A program made the translations under genes and the position numbers. DNA of 64,000 bases, from contig JAHDYR010000041.1 of the NCBI GenBank assembly GCA_019828565.1, positions 37,615 to 101,614 of the forward strand. The letters run 5' to 3'. Positions 12,020 to 23,260 of this stretch are shown here, one piece after another (the stretch's first letter is position 1; each line of letters starts with the position of its first letter). The notes under the pieces were generated by a model. The model made no database searches and was not told the origin of the DNA. It saw only the letters and a program-made list of their open reading frames with translations. The stretch comes from Carpediemonas membranifera BICM. Lineage: Eukaryota; Protista; Fornicata.

Positions 12020-12233
12020 AATTGCCGCTAACCTCGTTTTTGTGATTCTGGCCAATAAGAAGATGACAGGTCTGAGAACTGCAACAGACAATATGGCCAT
12101 ACAGTGGCAAGTATTGCCCCAGTAGACCTGTAAGTGCCTGGAATGGTGTGTGTGCAGCCTTTATTAGTCGGGGCAGCATTCTTATTATTCTTGACTCAAG
12201 CCGTCTCGAAAAACGGAGAACAGGGCTGGCAGC

Positions 12234-12573
12234 TCAGTGGCTCCTCAGAAGATAGCTGATGAGCATGTATGCAATGAGGAATACAACCAGGACGAGCAGG
12301 ACGATGTAGATGAGGCTGACCTTCTTGTGGTGGATCATGTAGGAGACCTTCTCCGCCGTCTTGTGGATCGCTGCGGAAGTAGTCGACATGCTATCACCTA
12401 CTGAGCCGAGGAGGTCATCCTGGTCCTGAACTGTCGTCCCCAAGTCGCTGGAGAGGTCCTTGAGTATGGCAATCTTGTTTGAAAGCTCGTTAAGCTAGTG
12501 TAACACTCAGATGGATAAAGTAACGAACTTCTTCTTCATGATCCCGGTAATATAGCTGGCTGCGGGACTCCAT
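12234..12573 (-). CDS. Small Qc-SNARE (Bet1-like), one ~34-nt intron
   Basis: MESRSQLYYRDHEEE/LNELSNKIAILKDLSSDLGTTVQDQDDLL SNARE heptads with central Q and a C-terminal TM helix. Confidence 0.78.
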
Positions 12574-12786
12574 TCGTGAGACGACCGATCTGACCTTAAA
12601 ATGCACAATCATCAATTCCTCGGACCGAGTCCCGAGTTGGTCTTCCGGCGTCAGGCAAAAGAAACCGCCCTCTTACCGTCCTTGATGCCTCCATTCTTGA
12701 GCGCATAATCACCTTCATTGCGATCTTAACCTTCAGCGCGGTCAAACCCTGACAATGCGGGTCCTCTATTTAACATCACGCGGCTC

Positions 12787-13407
12787 TCATACGGCCTGAG
12801 ACTGACTGGCAGCCTGAAGGAAGGACACGTGCAGCTGTATCTCCTCGTCAGTCTTCCCTACGCCCTGGGCTCTAAGCTCATCAAAGTTCAACGGCCCGCC
12901 CCTCGCCATGGCTGCCTCTAGCTTCTGGTCATCCGCTGCTGTCCAGCTAGCGGCATGCCTCTGGAAGTTTGGTGGAACCGACACGTTTTCTCGCTTCGGC
13001 TCGGGGGTATCCTCGACCTTCGCCCGCTTCACACCCTCCGCGCCAGGGACATGTGGCTCAACGTCCACGGCTTTGCGGGTGAGGTTGATCTTGACCTGGC
13101 CGCCTGGACGGGGGAGCTCCTTGTCATCCTCGCTGACGTAGCCCACATCGGCGTCATCCATCTCGGCGTCGGGGATCTCATCCATTGGATCGTATTGCAT
13201 GTCTTCGAACCAGCGGACGAGACGGCTGCGGTATTTCCTGATCACAAGCTCCTGCTTCCTGATCTTCTGCTCCTTTTCCTTCAGAAGAAGCAGGAGCCGC
13301 ATGTTGTGTTCGAGCAGCTTATCCTGCTTTGACCTCATCTCAAGGTTGTTCTGGACCAAGGCTTCCATCCACTTCGGCCGCTCGTGTCTCTCCTCTTTTC
13401 GTTGCAT
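12787..13407 (-). CDS. Coiled-coil protein with C-terminal Myb/SANT-like repeat
   Basis: SWTAADDQKLEAAM..GVGKTDEEIQLH. Confidence 0.65.
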   Translation of the reverse strand: MQRKEERHERPKWMEALVQNNLEMRSKQDKLLEHNMRLLLLLKEKEQKIRKQELVIRKYRSRLVRWFEDMQYDPMDEIPDAEMDDADVGYVSEDDKELPRPGGQVKINLTRKAVDVEPHVPGAEGVKRAKVEDTPEPKRENVSVPPNFQRHAASWTAADDQKLEAAMARGGPLNFDELRAQGVGKTDEEIQLHVSFLQAASQSQAV

Positions 13408-13640
13408 AAAAAAATTAGCGGCATTTACCGCCGTCGATGGAGGCCAGACACGTTAGCCGAGCCCTGTACAGCGTTTCAAGGATAGCTCCACTTATTAACC
13501 AGAGAAGAGGTCAAACTCCAGTTGAATAGCTCGACGGGCACCCGAACACGCGGTCTGTAACGCACCAAGGGATGCCATAGATGCCTGACTGAACCCCCAT
13601 ACTTATGCGAGCTATACTACTATAATCCGAATTTACCGGC

Positions 13641-14490
13641 TCACACCCGGCGGTAAACCTTGATGTAGTGGGTCCCGTCTTTCCGTAGCGCCCTCTCCGC
13701 ATCCGCCGTCGCCGTCCCAATAGCGGCCACCACTGGGTCGCCCTTCAGCTCTGAGTCGGTGACCTCCTGGAACATGGGCGAGAGGGCGAACTGCGAGTCC
13801 ATCCACTGCCGCAGCTCGAAGACGTCTGTGGCCGTGTATACGATCGCCCCCTTCTTCAGCGCATAGGCGTATTCTGCGAGGAGGTTAACACTGATGATGC
13901 GTCTGCGGTGGTTGCTCTTCTTAAAATGCGGGTCCGGGAAGAGGAAGAGCATCGTGTCCAGCTGGCCCTTCCGGAAGTAGCAGGGGAAGTGTTTCATCGC
14001 GTTCGAGCGGATGACGGCGGCGTTGTCTCCACTGCGACCCTCTGCGCGCTGCTTCAGGATCTGCTCCTGGGCGTATTCCACAACAACTTCTCGGATCTCG
14101 AGGCCAATGATAAGTTTGTTAGGAAAGAGCTCTGAGAGGCGCATAGTCATCCCGCCATAGCCACAGCCGACGTCAGCAACGCTAATGTGCCCGCAACGTT
14201 CGATTGCGTCGCGAGTGTAGAGGCGGGTGATGTCGAAATCAGCAGGAGACGTCGGATACGTAACCAGCATGTCTGCGAGGGGGTTAGCATGTGCTCTGGG
14301 TAAGATAAGGGGTGGATAGCTCATACCTGGTGCCGTGGAACTTGCCCTTGACCCGCTTGCTCCCATCCTCAAGCTTCGCGAAGCCGAGCATGTTTGTGCC
14401 TATTTCCTGAAAGTGAGAAGGATCTTCTACGTTGATGTTGGCATATTTCCGCTTCTCAGCGCCATTCTCTATCGTGGATGAGCCTGCCAT
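13641..14490 (-). CDS. TRM8: tRNA (guanine-N7)-methyltransferase, one ~31-nt intron
   Basis: R/AHANP, ADVGCGYGG, GLEIR, FPDPHFKKSNHRRRI, TATDV. Confidence 0.95.
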
Positions 14491-14908
14491 TGTGCTTCAG
14501 ACAGCGACTCACAGTACATGAAAATATGTCGCATTTACATAAGGCCTGCCAGTGGCTCTTGCTGCTGCCTTCGGTGAGCAAGGCGGCTGCGAGGTTAGTT
14601 AGGCAGTTGCTGCAGCGAGGGGGGAAATATGCATACCATAAATGGATGACCAAGAAGCATTGGAATCAGAATTTTGGCATACTGCGATGTCATTCGGACG
14701 AAGCAGGCACAGCGTCACCCTACTATAGCCAGCAGACACGAGACTGCCGCGGTACAATGCGACACTTATTCTCTCAGGGAGACCCAGAGGGGTCCGCTCA
14801 GCCGGGGATCGGACTTCAACGGATACGCAATGTTGGTGACTAAACTGCTGCACGTCCTGAAGCTCTCTTAAGCCCATCCCGTGGGCATTAGTTTACAAAA
14901 CCACCACC

Positions 14909-15300
14909 CTACGACAGGGCCTGCGGTGTCGCCTTGATGAGCTCGGTCAGCGACGATTCAGTCGCGCTGATCTGCTTCTCCACGTATGCCTTAGAGTTGC
15001 CAACGACGGTGAGCTCGTTTGTGAGCTTCTCCACAGTCGATTTCAACCTATCCACGACGGCGGTGTTGGGCTTCATGTAATATGCTTTTCCGACGGCGAC
15101 GTAGCAAGACTCGGGCTTAGTTTCCTCAATATCGTGGATTGTAAGCTCAGCGCTCTTCATCTCGTGAGTTTTAAGCATCTCCTGGTTCTTGAGCTGTATA
15201 ACTGGGCGGGGAGGACACAAACTGATGCTTGCTGACGTCTGTGATCAGACATCTTGATCTGGAGCTTCTGAAGCTCGTTATAAAACTCCTGCTGGGCCAT
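14909..15300 (-). CDS. PFDN1: Prefoldin beta-type subunit (subunit 1-like), one short intron
   Basis: Helix-CYVAVGKAY-helix architecture; first exon MAQQEFYNELQKLQ. Confidence 0.8.
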
Positions 15301-15438
15301 TTGTCGACAACTGGAAATTTGTCATAACCTGCGAAAAATTTCAACGCACAACGCAACAAAGACAGTCGGCGACGATATCGGACACGCTGTGGGTGCGTGT
15401 TATGACGTCGCTGGCGTTGCTTGAGCAACTCTGACAAA

Positions 15439-15681
15439 ATGATGACTGTACGATTTTCAGATTTAGAAGGAAATGTTGGAGACCTCGCAGACGCGGGCGA
15501 CGAGATCGATGACCTTGTTGCTGTAACCAGCTTCGTCAACCCCGAGACGAATCTACCGTATGTCATCACCCCGGCGTACTTCCACGTGTTCATCACCAAA
15601 GAAGAGCAACGCATGGTCAAGTCTGTGCTCTACGACCAGACCATCAAGCGTAACGCTCCCAAGCAACGCTTCGACGCCTAG
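15439..15681 (+). CDS. Small protein, weakly TFIIH Tfb5/TTDA-like
   Basis: 80 aa; YVI..FHVFITKEEQRMVK..NA loosely resembles the Tfb5 C-terminal half; divergent from prefoldin. Confidence 0.35.
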   Translation: MMTVRFSDLEGNVGDLADAGDEIDDLVAVTSFVNPETNLPYVITPAYFHVFITKEEQRMVKSVLYDQTIKRNAPKQRFDA

Positions 15682-16220
15682 TTCGATCTCCTGCGGTCTG
15701 TGCTTGCTGAAAAGTTCGGTGCAGATTATGTCTTCGTGCCGGTACATATATTCAACATGGATGAGACCTCCATGAGGGCCACAGCGGAATCTCGCTGCGA
15801 GACAGTGTTCCGATAGACCCCATGTTCCTTTCGAAGCCCATGGGTGCAGGACTGACGAGGTCAAGGCCACAACTTTTCATCGTCACCATTCCACCGGGCC
15901 GACCCGTAACCATCGCCTTGGGGACTCCGAAGATGGTTATCCCCCAGGAGGTTCAGGATTACCTGCAGGCTAGGGACATCCCCCTCCGGAGATGGCACGA
16001 CGTCATTTATCAGGCTTGAGGACATGAGGTGGCGTCGGTTCCTGCCTCACACGGCAGCTGTGAGGTGCCGTCTGCCGGCCAATTGTACCTCAAGCCCGGC
16101 CATTTTCGCCATTGATGGGCACAAGATGTGATGGTTTAATCATTTGATCTGATTAAACACAACACATTCCCCGAAAGCAAGTGTGCCTGGGAAAAGTTAA
16201 ATGACAGTCCATTTACTAGC

Positions 16221-17186
16221 TTACTTGCCCATGGCGGGGTTGAGCTTCTTGCCGAAGGCGCGGTTCTTGAGGCCGTTGCGCTTGATCTGGAAGTACTTCT
16301 TGGTGCGAATGGGGGCGCGGAGGGCAGCCTTGACGGCGTCGTTCTCGAGAACGTTCTTGAGCTCAGTCTCGGTGGAGATGCCGCGGTGCATCTTGGCGGC
16401 GTAGATCTCGTCGAGCTTGGCGATGGCACCCTCAGTCCAGATGACGAAGCGGCCCATGTGGCCACCGGGGGCGAGGTCGAGGAGGTTGAGGGCATCAACC
16501 TTGGCGACAGTCACGCCAGAGATGTTGCGGAAGGAGCGGGCGATGCCGTTGTCCTCAGCGTAGACAACCATGGGGCCCTTGCGCTGCTTGTAGCGGCGGT
16601 TGCGCCACTTACCGTGGCCAGCGCGGGTCTTCTTGGTGTCCTTGACCTTCTCGCAGTCAGCGTAGGCGCCGACCATCTCGAGGGCCTTGATGGCATCCTT
16701 GGTACGGGTGATGGACTCAACGGAGTTGTCGAGGATCAGAGGAACCTGGGGGACGTTCTCAACAAGGTGGCCGCGGCCAAGAAGGAAAGAGGGGTTGGCG
16801 GTGGCAGCGATAGCGGAGGTGACGGCGTAGCGCTTGACGGGAAGGTTCACCTTGCGGTAAAGGCGGCGGGTGACGCGAACGGGGGAGAACATACGGCCAC
16901 CACGGCACATGTTGCCGCCGTGAGCCTGGCCGGAGCGAGCGGTACCAGAGCCAGAGACACGGGGAACACGGGCAAGAGCGCGGCCAACACCCCAGGAGTG
17001 GGAGGTGGTGTCGAGAGAAGCGTACTTGAAGCGGCCGTAAGCCTGACGGTGGTTCTTGTTCAGCTGAGTGTGAGTGAACTGGATGATGTCAGCTCTGACG
17101 GGGGCGCTGAAAACAGCAGGGGTGTTAACCTCCTTGGTAGCCTTCTTCTCGGCATCGATGGCGTAAACAGAAAGAGTAGGGATCAT
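16221..17186 (-). CDS. RPL4: 60S ribosomal protein L4 (uL4)
   Basis: SWGVGRALARVPRV, GNMCRGGRMF, LAPGGHMGRFVIWTE. Confidence 0.98.
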   Translation of the reverse strand: MIPTLSVYAIDAEKKATKEVNTPAVFSAPVRADIIQFTHTQLNKNHRQAYGRFKYASLDTTSHSWGVGRALARVPRVSGSGTARSGQAHGGNMCRGGRMFSPVRVTRRLYRKVNLPVKRYAVTSAIAATANPSFLLGRGHLVENVPQVPLILDNSVESITRTKDAIKALEMVGAYADCEKVKDTKKTRAGHGKWRNRRYKQRKGPMVVYAEDNGIARSFRNISGVTVAKVDALNLLDLAPGGHMGRFVIWTEGAIAKLDEIYAAKMHRGISTETELKNVLENDAVKAALRAPIRTKKYFQIKRNGLKNRAFGKKLNPAMGK

Positions 17187-17275
17187 ATCCGGGCTTTCTC
17201 GCGCTTGCAAGCACTTTTTTTCAGCAAAAGTTTTCAGAAAAAAGTGAATGACAGCATCCAGTTCCTATGTATTGT

Positions 17276-17926
17276 TTAAAAGTCGTCATCGTCGTCGGCG
17301 GGGACGGGGAGGGCGACGGCCTGCTCGAGCTGGCGCTCCTGCTCGGCGATGTACTCGCGATCGAGGGTGACGTCGGCATCCGGGGGCTTGACGGCGGGCT
17401 CCTCAGTGAACTCGAGGTTGGGGTCGTTCGAGAGGCGACGAGCGAGGTACTTGAAGGGCTTCTCGAAGTTGTAGTTGGTCTTGGCGGAGATCTCGTAGTA
17501 CTGGATGTTCTTGCGGCGGTGGAACGTGATGCTCTTAGCCTTGACCTGGCGATCCTTGCAGTCGACCTTGTTGCCGACGAGAACCATGGGGATGTTCTCG
17601 CAGACACGAACAAGATCGCGGTGCCAGTTAGGGACGTTCTTGTATGTGATACGGGAGGTCACATCGAAGAAGATGATGGCAGCGTTGGCGCCAATGTAGT
17701 AGCCGTCACGAAGGCCACCAAATTTCTCCTGGCCGGCGGTATCCCAAACGTTGAAGTTAACCTGGCCGCGAGTGGTGTAGAAGGGAAGAGTACGGACCTC
17801 AACACCAAGAGTGGCGTGGTATCTGCGCTCGAACTCGCCGGTTCTGTGTCTCTTCACAAAAGTGGTCTTGCCAGTGCAGCCATCACCAACCAAAACAAGC
17901 TTGAAAGTGGGAACCTCCGCGCTCAT
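17276..17926 (-). CDS. RAN: Ran GTPase
   Basis: [35 protein letters not shown], acidic DDDDDF tail. Confidence 0.98.
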   Translation of the reverse strand: MSAEVPTFKLVLVGDGCTGKTTFVKRHRTGEFERRYHATLGVEVRTLPFYTTRGQVNFNVWDTAGQEKFGGLRDGYYIGANAAIIFFDVTSRITYKNVPNWHRDLVRVCENIPMVLVGNKVDCKDRQVKAKSITFHRRKNIQYYEISAKTNYNFEKPFKYLARRLSNDPNLEFTEEPAVKPPDADVTLDREYIAEQERQLEQAVALPVPADDDDDF

Positions 17927-18299
17927 TGTCGTCATCAATCCCAAAAATGCCCGCCCGACTCTGCGTGATTTAGGTCCGCAGGGGTGTATGTGTGGCTGCA
18001 GCTGGCTGCTAGTGCATAGGGTATGGCTATGGAGCAGAGTTATGATAGTGTCATAAAGTGGGCCCGCACTCTGAGGCGGTCCCCACTCATTAAATCGGGG
18101 CGGGTGTTCTTCTTTACGAGCGCATTCATGGCGTCCAACACACGCCCTCAGGCGACGTGCTCCTCCTTGAAGCTGAAGCGGAGTTGAGTGGTGGGTCTCG
18201 CCCGAAGCTGCGGAGCATATGCCTGCTCTTGATGGCGACCCACTAACGCCTACCAACACACATTTACACCCCAACTTCCACTTCTATCTACTTCTCAGC

Positions 18300-19004
18300 T
18301 CATAATTTCGAGAGGTCGCGCTTGACGTCGCTGACCCAATGGCGGCAAGTCGAGAAGAACGGGAAGCCGCAGACAAGCCAGATAGAGATGAGCGCGACAG
18401 TGATGACGATGCAGATGATGAGGAGGAGGAGCTTCATGTTCTTCATCCACATCGCCCGCTTCAGCGCCTGGGACTGCGACTGGAAACTGCGGGCCTCGCT
18501 CTTGAGGTTCTCGGCGTCGGCCAGAAGGGTGTCTATCTTGTCTCCGCGGTCGATGACCTTGCTGATGTTGTCGACCATGATGTTCTTGACGTCGTCGATC
18601 TGCGCTTGCACGCGGTTGATGCGATCAGCCTCGACGTTGTTCGAGAAGTAGGTCATCTGGGACGAGAGCACCCGGGAGAACTCAGAGTTGAGCTGGTATG
18701 AGCGAGCAGAGTACATCTTGTCGCCATACGTCGTGGTGAAGCGCTTCTTGATGTCGGCAAGGAAAGAGAAAGCAATACGCTGAGCAAGCTCGTTATCAGC
18801 AAGGCACATGTAGCATAGACCATCCTCAACTATATAATGGATGATGCAATCGTCGTAGGTGTAGGAGTGGCGGCTGTCGGGGCCATTGGCCACGTTCTCG
18901 ATGAGGGAACGAGTAATGGAGCTAAAGTTGCCTGAACGGATGGAAAACTCCGCAAGAACCGTTGTGCCGCGGGAAACTACAGAATAGATGAGAGATCCCG
19001 GCAT
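18300..19004 (-). CDS. VAMP7: Longin R-SNARE VAMP7
   Basis: Longin N-terminus, IDDVKNIMVDNISKVIDRGDKID R-SNARE motif, TM helix. Confidence 0.93.
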   Translation of the reverse strand: MPGSLIYSVVSRGTTVLAEFSIRSGNFSSITRSLIENVANGPDSRHSYTYDDCIIHYIVEDGLCYMCLADNELAQRIAFSFLADIKKRFTTTYGDKMYSARSYQLNSEFSRVLSSQMTYFSNNVEADRINRVQAQIDDVKNIMVDNISKVIDRGDKIDTLLADAENLKSEARSFQSQSQALKRAMWMKNMKLLLLIICIVITVALISIWLVCGFPFFSTCRHWVSDVKRDLSKL

Positions 19005-19323
19005 TCAGCGGCGGGTTGTCTTTTGTGCGAACAAGAATTTTTTCGTGCAACCCACCGTCATTGACCCAACCCAGCAGCAGTAGCCCGCGGATGAACTCCA
19101 AAGGTCGCAGATGACTCAAGCTGGTTATCAAACTGACGAATTATGGGAGAAAATCTTGTCGGCTATTCTCGGGCGGCGATCAATCTCAACAAAACGATGA
19201 CATGGAAACGAAGCACACGTGGTCATCAAAGGTCCGATTTAACTTGTGCTAGTCGTGAGAAATCCGCAAGTGACCAGCATTAATGATCAATTGATGATGA
19301 AACCGTAAAAAAAATCGTGCGGC

Positions 19324-19941
19324 TCACATGACGCTCATGGACGCCGTATGCGGGTCTAGCATTAGCCCGCCCCTGGTCCTGACGTTGAAGAACGACTTGA
19401 GGTCCTTCTTCGGCGTCTTTCTCAGCCCCGCCCCCAGGTCTAGGGGCAGGCTGTCCGGGGTCATCATCCGGTGCTGCTTCTGGGCCCCGAACAGCGACCA
19501 GACCCTGATAGTCCCGTCACTGCTGCCCGAGGCGACCCTCTTGCCGTCAGACCCGAGGAACATGACCCGACCCCCGTGGGTGGCGACCACCCCCTGGCCG
19601 ATGGGCCCTGGAATATGTCGAACTCCCAGGAGTGTGTGGGTCGACACGCTGAGCAGGCATAGGGTCGGCAGGGACGTCGCCACGGCAATGTACTGGCCGT
19701 CCTTGCTCGCTGCGACTGCCGTGACTGCCTCGAGTCGCCTGTGGTGGGGCGGGGGGACGCTGGGGAGGAGGCGGATGGTGACCTTGCTCAGCCCGTCCTC
19801 AGACAGCACGGTGACGCACTGGTCGTGGCCGATGACGAAGTTGCCCGCCGCCCAGTCGACGTTCAAGTAGTAGTCATCAACAATCGTCAGGTTCCTGAAC
19901 GTGCTCGTCGCCGTCACGTTTTCTGCGCCCTGAGCGGCCAT
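19324..19941 (-). CDS. Short WD40-repeat protein (possibly partial)
   Basis: VTAVAASKDGQYIA; DGKRVASGSSDGTIRVW. Confidence 0.7.
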   Translation of the reverse strand: MAAQGAENVTATSTFRNLTIVDDYYLNVDWAAGNFVIGHDQCVTVLSEDGLSKVTIRLLPSVPPPHHRRLEAVTAVAASKDGQYIAVATSLPTLCLLSVSTHTLLGVRHIPGPIGQGVVATHGGRVMFLGSDGKRVASGSSDGTIRVWSLFGAQKQHRMMTPDSLPLDLGAGLRKTPKKDLKSFFNVRTRGGLMLDPHTASMSVM

Positions 19942-20403
19942 GCCCACCGTGGTGAGGGGGTGGCGAGGGTTCTGGGGAAACTGGAACACCCGTGCATGCT
20001 TTGTGGAGTTGAGAGAAGTAGGACTGTTGGCGTCCTCGAGGCCGGCGATTGATTGGATGAGAGATGCCTCGTACGATGCTGTATTCTCCTCAGTCTCCTC
20101 TAACCTCTGTCGCTGGTGAGGATGGAGCGGGCGCGCGGCTGGTTCGAGGATCTCTGAGAGCGTGATTCAAGTGATTCAAGGCCACGCCGAGCTGAACGAC
20201 CGCTGGGTCGGCTCGCCTGTGATTCTTCTGTCGTCTTGTGAGGGCTGGCTCTTGTGGGCTTTTATGTCGAGATCTGAGCGTTCGGTTCGGGCTTCGCATG
20301 GTCGTGATGCGAGTGATAAAAGCGGTAATAAACGGTAATGCGAGCAATTATGTGGGTGTATCTCGGGTTGGTGTAGCAGGGTTTGGGCCGTTGCTGGGCA
20401 AAC

Positions 20404-21423
20404 GGGGGCAAATCTGACAAATCAATATGATCAGGCGAATATGACCCCCCAGGCGTGTGAATCCAATAGGGCTCCACGCCGCGGGCTTGCCCTCCCGCAT
20501 ACACTCGCCAACCGCCAGCAGCTGCTGGGTCGTCCAAGTGTATCATCTAGGCTCAATGTCCTAGGTCCATCTGATGTCCGCGCGGCAGTCTCACACCGCC
20601 CGCGCGCTCCTAGCTAGAAGCCGGGTTCCGCGCCGTGCAAGGTGGCGCGGATGTCCCGGTGTGCAGCAAGGGCCAGAGGCCAATGCAATACCACGGGTCC
20701 GAAGACGCCGTGGCGCACAGCTAGGATTTTGACATCATTAGATGGTGGCGGACTTACCTTGTTGCCGCTCCAGGGTCCCGTCGGAGCACCTGATTGATGT
20801 TGTTTAGTTCGGCACGAAGAAGTGACCGAAACTGAGAGAGAGTGAGGAATCGTGATCTATATGTGGTAAATGAGCATCCTAAACAGATATAGCAGCAGAG
20901 GTGCTTGGAGAGCGATTATATTCGTGCGCGCGAAGGAATGTGTGAAAAAAGTGGCGTCGAAAAAAGAGATACAGAAAAAAAAAAGATGACACATTCTGCA
21001 TATTCTGCGCGGCCATCTCGAGGACGGCAGACGTTGCGTTCAAGGCTGTTAGTGGGGCAACCGCACTATATCCAGGCCTAGTTGATGGGTTATGCCATTG
21101 GGAGCGGGCTAAGTCATCGTCCATTTCGTCAAATGAAGGTTGGGAGGAGTGATTTCGCTGTCTTCTGCCTCATCGTATGGTTGCTCGTTGATGTCCATGC
21201 TTTCATTAAACCAGACTCAACAGCAAAACATTGTGCTGCACTTTTAGACTGGCAGAGGGTGGGCTCGGCAGACCCCAGCTGCTGGTACACAGCCTCCTGC
21301 ACACGCTGCCCCATCGTTTGCAGCAGTGTTGCTCGCCCTATCCCTGCCCCCGAAGCCATCCATCGGGTGGGCCACCTACGGACTGCTGAGGATCTGTAAC
21401 CTCATCGCGGAAGCTCACCCCGG
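20404..21423 (+). repeat. Interspersed repeat, copy 2
   Basis: Matches 6580-7516; has about 70 extra bp near 21325-21394. Confidence 0.92.
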
Positions 21424-21633
21424 CATCCTCGTGCTAATGAGCGAGTTCTGGTGCTGATCCTGAGACCCTGCCTCAATGATGGCATTGCCGACTTCGTGTG
21501 GAAGGCCTACGACGCGGGCAAGTTCGTAGTTGCAGATTTCTCAAATGCCTTCAACTCAGCGGACTGCCGCTTTACCCGTGTGTGGCCAGTGCCCCCCTGC
21601 TGGTGCTACCGATGAGAGCATCGCTAATCATAT

Positions 21634-23010
21634 TTACATCTCGACGTCGTCGACGGTGTTACCCGTGATGAGCTCCTTCTCCCACTGGTCACAGAACTCC
21701 TCGGACCGCCGCACGTCGAGGAACAGGTCCCTGCACTTGACGAAATGCTCCTCCTGGATCTCCTCCATGTTGTCCCGCCGGGCTACGAGATGGGCGGTGG
21801 TGAGCAGTTGCATGGCATACCGGATGGACGTCTCAGTGCCGATGGTTACCAGATAGTCCATGGCGTCCTCGTCGATCGAGTCGATGCCCTCAGCGTCCGC
21901 CCGGAGCTGCAGGATCTTCTGGATGTCTGCAGCGTCGTACGGCTTCGTGATGATGATGTTCATGCGGTCCAGCATGTCCGCGGGGATGCCGTGGGGCGAG
22001 ACAGTGTCGGTGCCCCTGATCTTGGTGTTCTCGCCCCTGTTGGTGGCCATGATGATGATGGGGGCCGTGCTCTGCTCCATCGCGCGGTTCATGAACGAGA
22101 AGCACTCGATGTCAAGCATGTGGGCCTCATCGATGAACAGCACACCGGGCACAATGGTCGCGCGGCCCTCCTCCCGCCACTCGGCTACCTTCTTATCGAC
22201 GGACTGGCGCACCTCCGGGTTGATCTCACCAGTGGCACCGCTGAACAAGGCCATGAAGCCCTGTGCCCTCGAGTTGATCACGTCGATCTCATGCAGGTTA
22301 ACGGTGTGTGAAACGTGCTTGCGCTTCTGCAGCTCACCAGCGGGGGTCTCGACGAGGCGGGTGCCTGGGCCCTGGGCGTCGTAGTCGCGGGTTTTGGACC
22401 AGGACCGGCCGAGCTTGGTCACCTTTCCGCTCGCCTTGTCGATAGAGATGACGTCGCCGGGAGTGACCTTGTCGGCTTCCATGGCGTCAATCATCTTGGC
22501 GCCGAGGTCGTACTCAGCCTCCATATCGGTCGTCTTCAGGGTGATGCGGCCAACCTTGTCGCCAGTGCCGTCAGTGGGGCGCTCGACGACCCACTCAACG
22601 ACCTCGCCCTCGACGAGCTCGGTCTCCTCCTGGATGCGGAGGCCAATGGACTTACGCATCGATTGAGTCAGGGACTCGGTCTTGTTGAACTCGTGGGAGA
22701 AGAACTCGGAACCAGAGACGGATGTAAACGGGATGTCGGCGCCGAGCTCGCGGGAAATTGCCATGGCGATGGCAGTCTTGCCGCTAGCAGGAGGACCAGC
22801 AATCAGGATACCACGACCAGCAATAGCACCAGCTTGGATCATCTTGACAATGATACCAGCCGACTTACGGGCCGTCTTCTGGCCAACGAGGCCTTGGCTC
22901 TCCTCGCGAGCGTTCAGCTTATCATCCAGCCCAAGGCCGCGAATATGTGAATGAGCACTAACACGCTCGACAGTAGGAACAGCCGTTTCGGTGGCACCAG
23001 GAATCTCCAT
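21634..23010 (-). CDS. RUVBL2: RuvB-like AAA+ ATPase 2 (reptin)
   Basis: HSHIRGLGLD, GPPASGKT, TLKTTDME, HEIDVINSR, FIDEAHMLD. Confidence 0.96.
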   Translation of the reverse strand: MEIPGATETAVPTVERVSAHSHIRGLGLDDKLNAREESQGLVGQKTARKSAGIIVKMIQAGAIAGRGILIAGPPASGKTAIAMAISRELGADIPFTSVSGSEFFSHEFNKTESLTQSMRKSIGLRIQEETELVEGEVVEWVVERPTDGTGDKVGRITLKTTDMEAEYDLGAKMIDAMEADKVTPGDVISIDKASGKVTKLGRSWSKTRDYDAQGPGTRLVETPAGELQKRKHVSHTVNLHEIDVINSRAQGFMALFSGATGEINPEVRQSVDKKVAEWREEGRATIVPGVLFIDEAHMLDIECFSFMNRAMEQSTAPIIIMATNRGENTKIRGTDTVSPHGIPADMLDRMNIIITKPYDAADIQKILQLRADAEGIDSIDEDAMDYLVTIGTETSIRYAMQLLTTAHLVARRDNMEEIQEEHFVKCRDLFLDVRRSEEFCDQWEKELITGNTVDDVEM

Positions 23011-23260
23011 GGACTTTGAGGATCAACGCTTCGTTGCATGAAAAAATTGTTAAACTGCGGACGATCAATCTGACGCCTCAGTGGGCAAAGCCAGACGCCT
23101 ACACCTGGTACAGTCGCCCGTCAGAGTCGGGCATTTTTTTTCTAGTTGAGTTTTTGACCCTCCATTAATGTCGGTACAAAACAGCGTCCGTCCGCCAGTT
23201 GAGTGTCCTCACAGAAGGATGGATGCCTGGAACTGCTACGACACATCATATGATTCGCGT

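Noticed and set aside
16386-17968. Long plus-strand ORFs opposite RPL4 and Ran (and similar ones opposite RuvBL2 and THADA)
   Set aside because: Antisense shadows caused by GC-rich codon bias
17927-18274. N-terminal extension of Ran
   Set aside because: Starts at a non-ATG codon, runs through intergenic sequence, and Ran homology begins at MSAEVPTF
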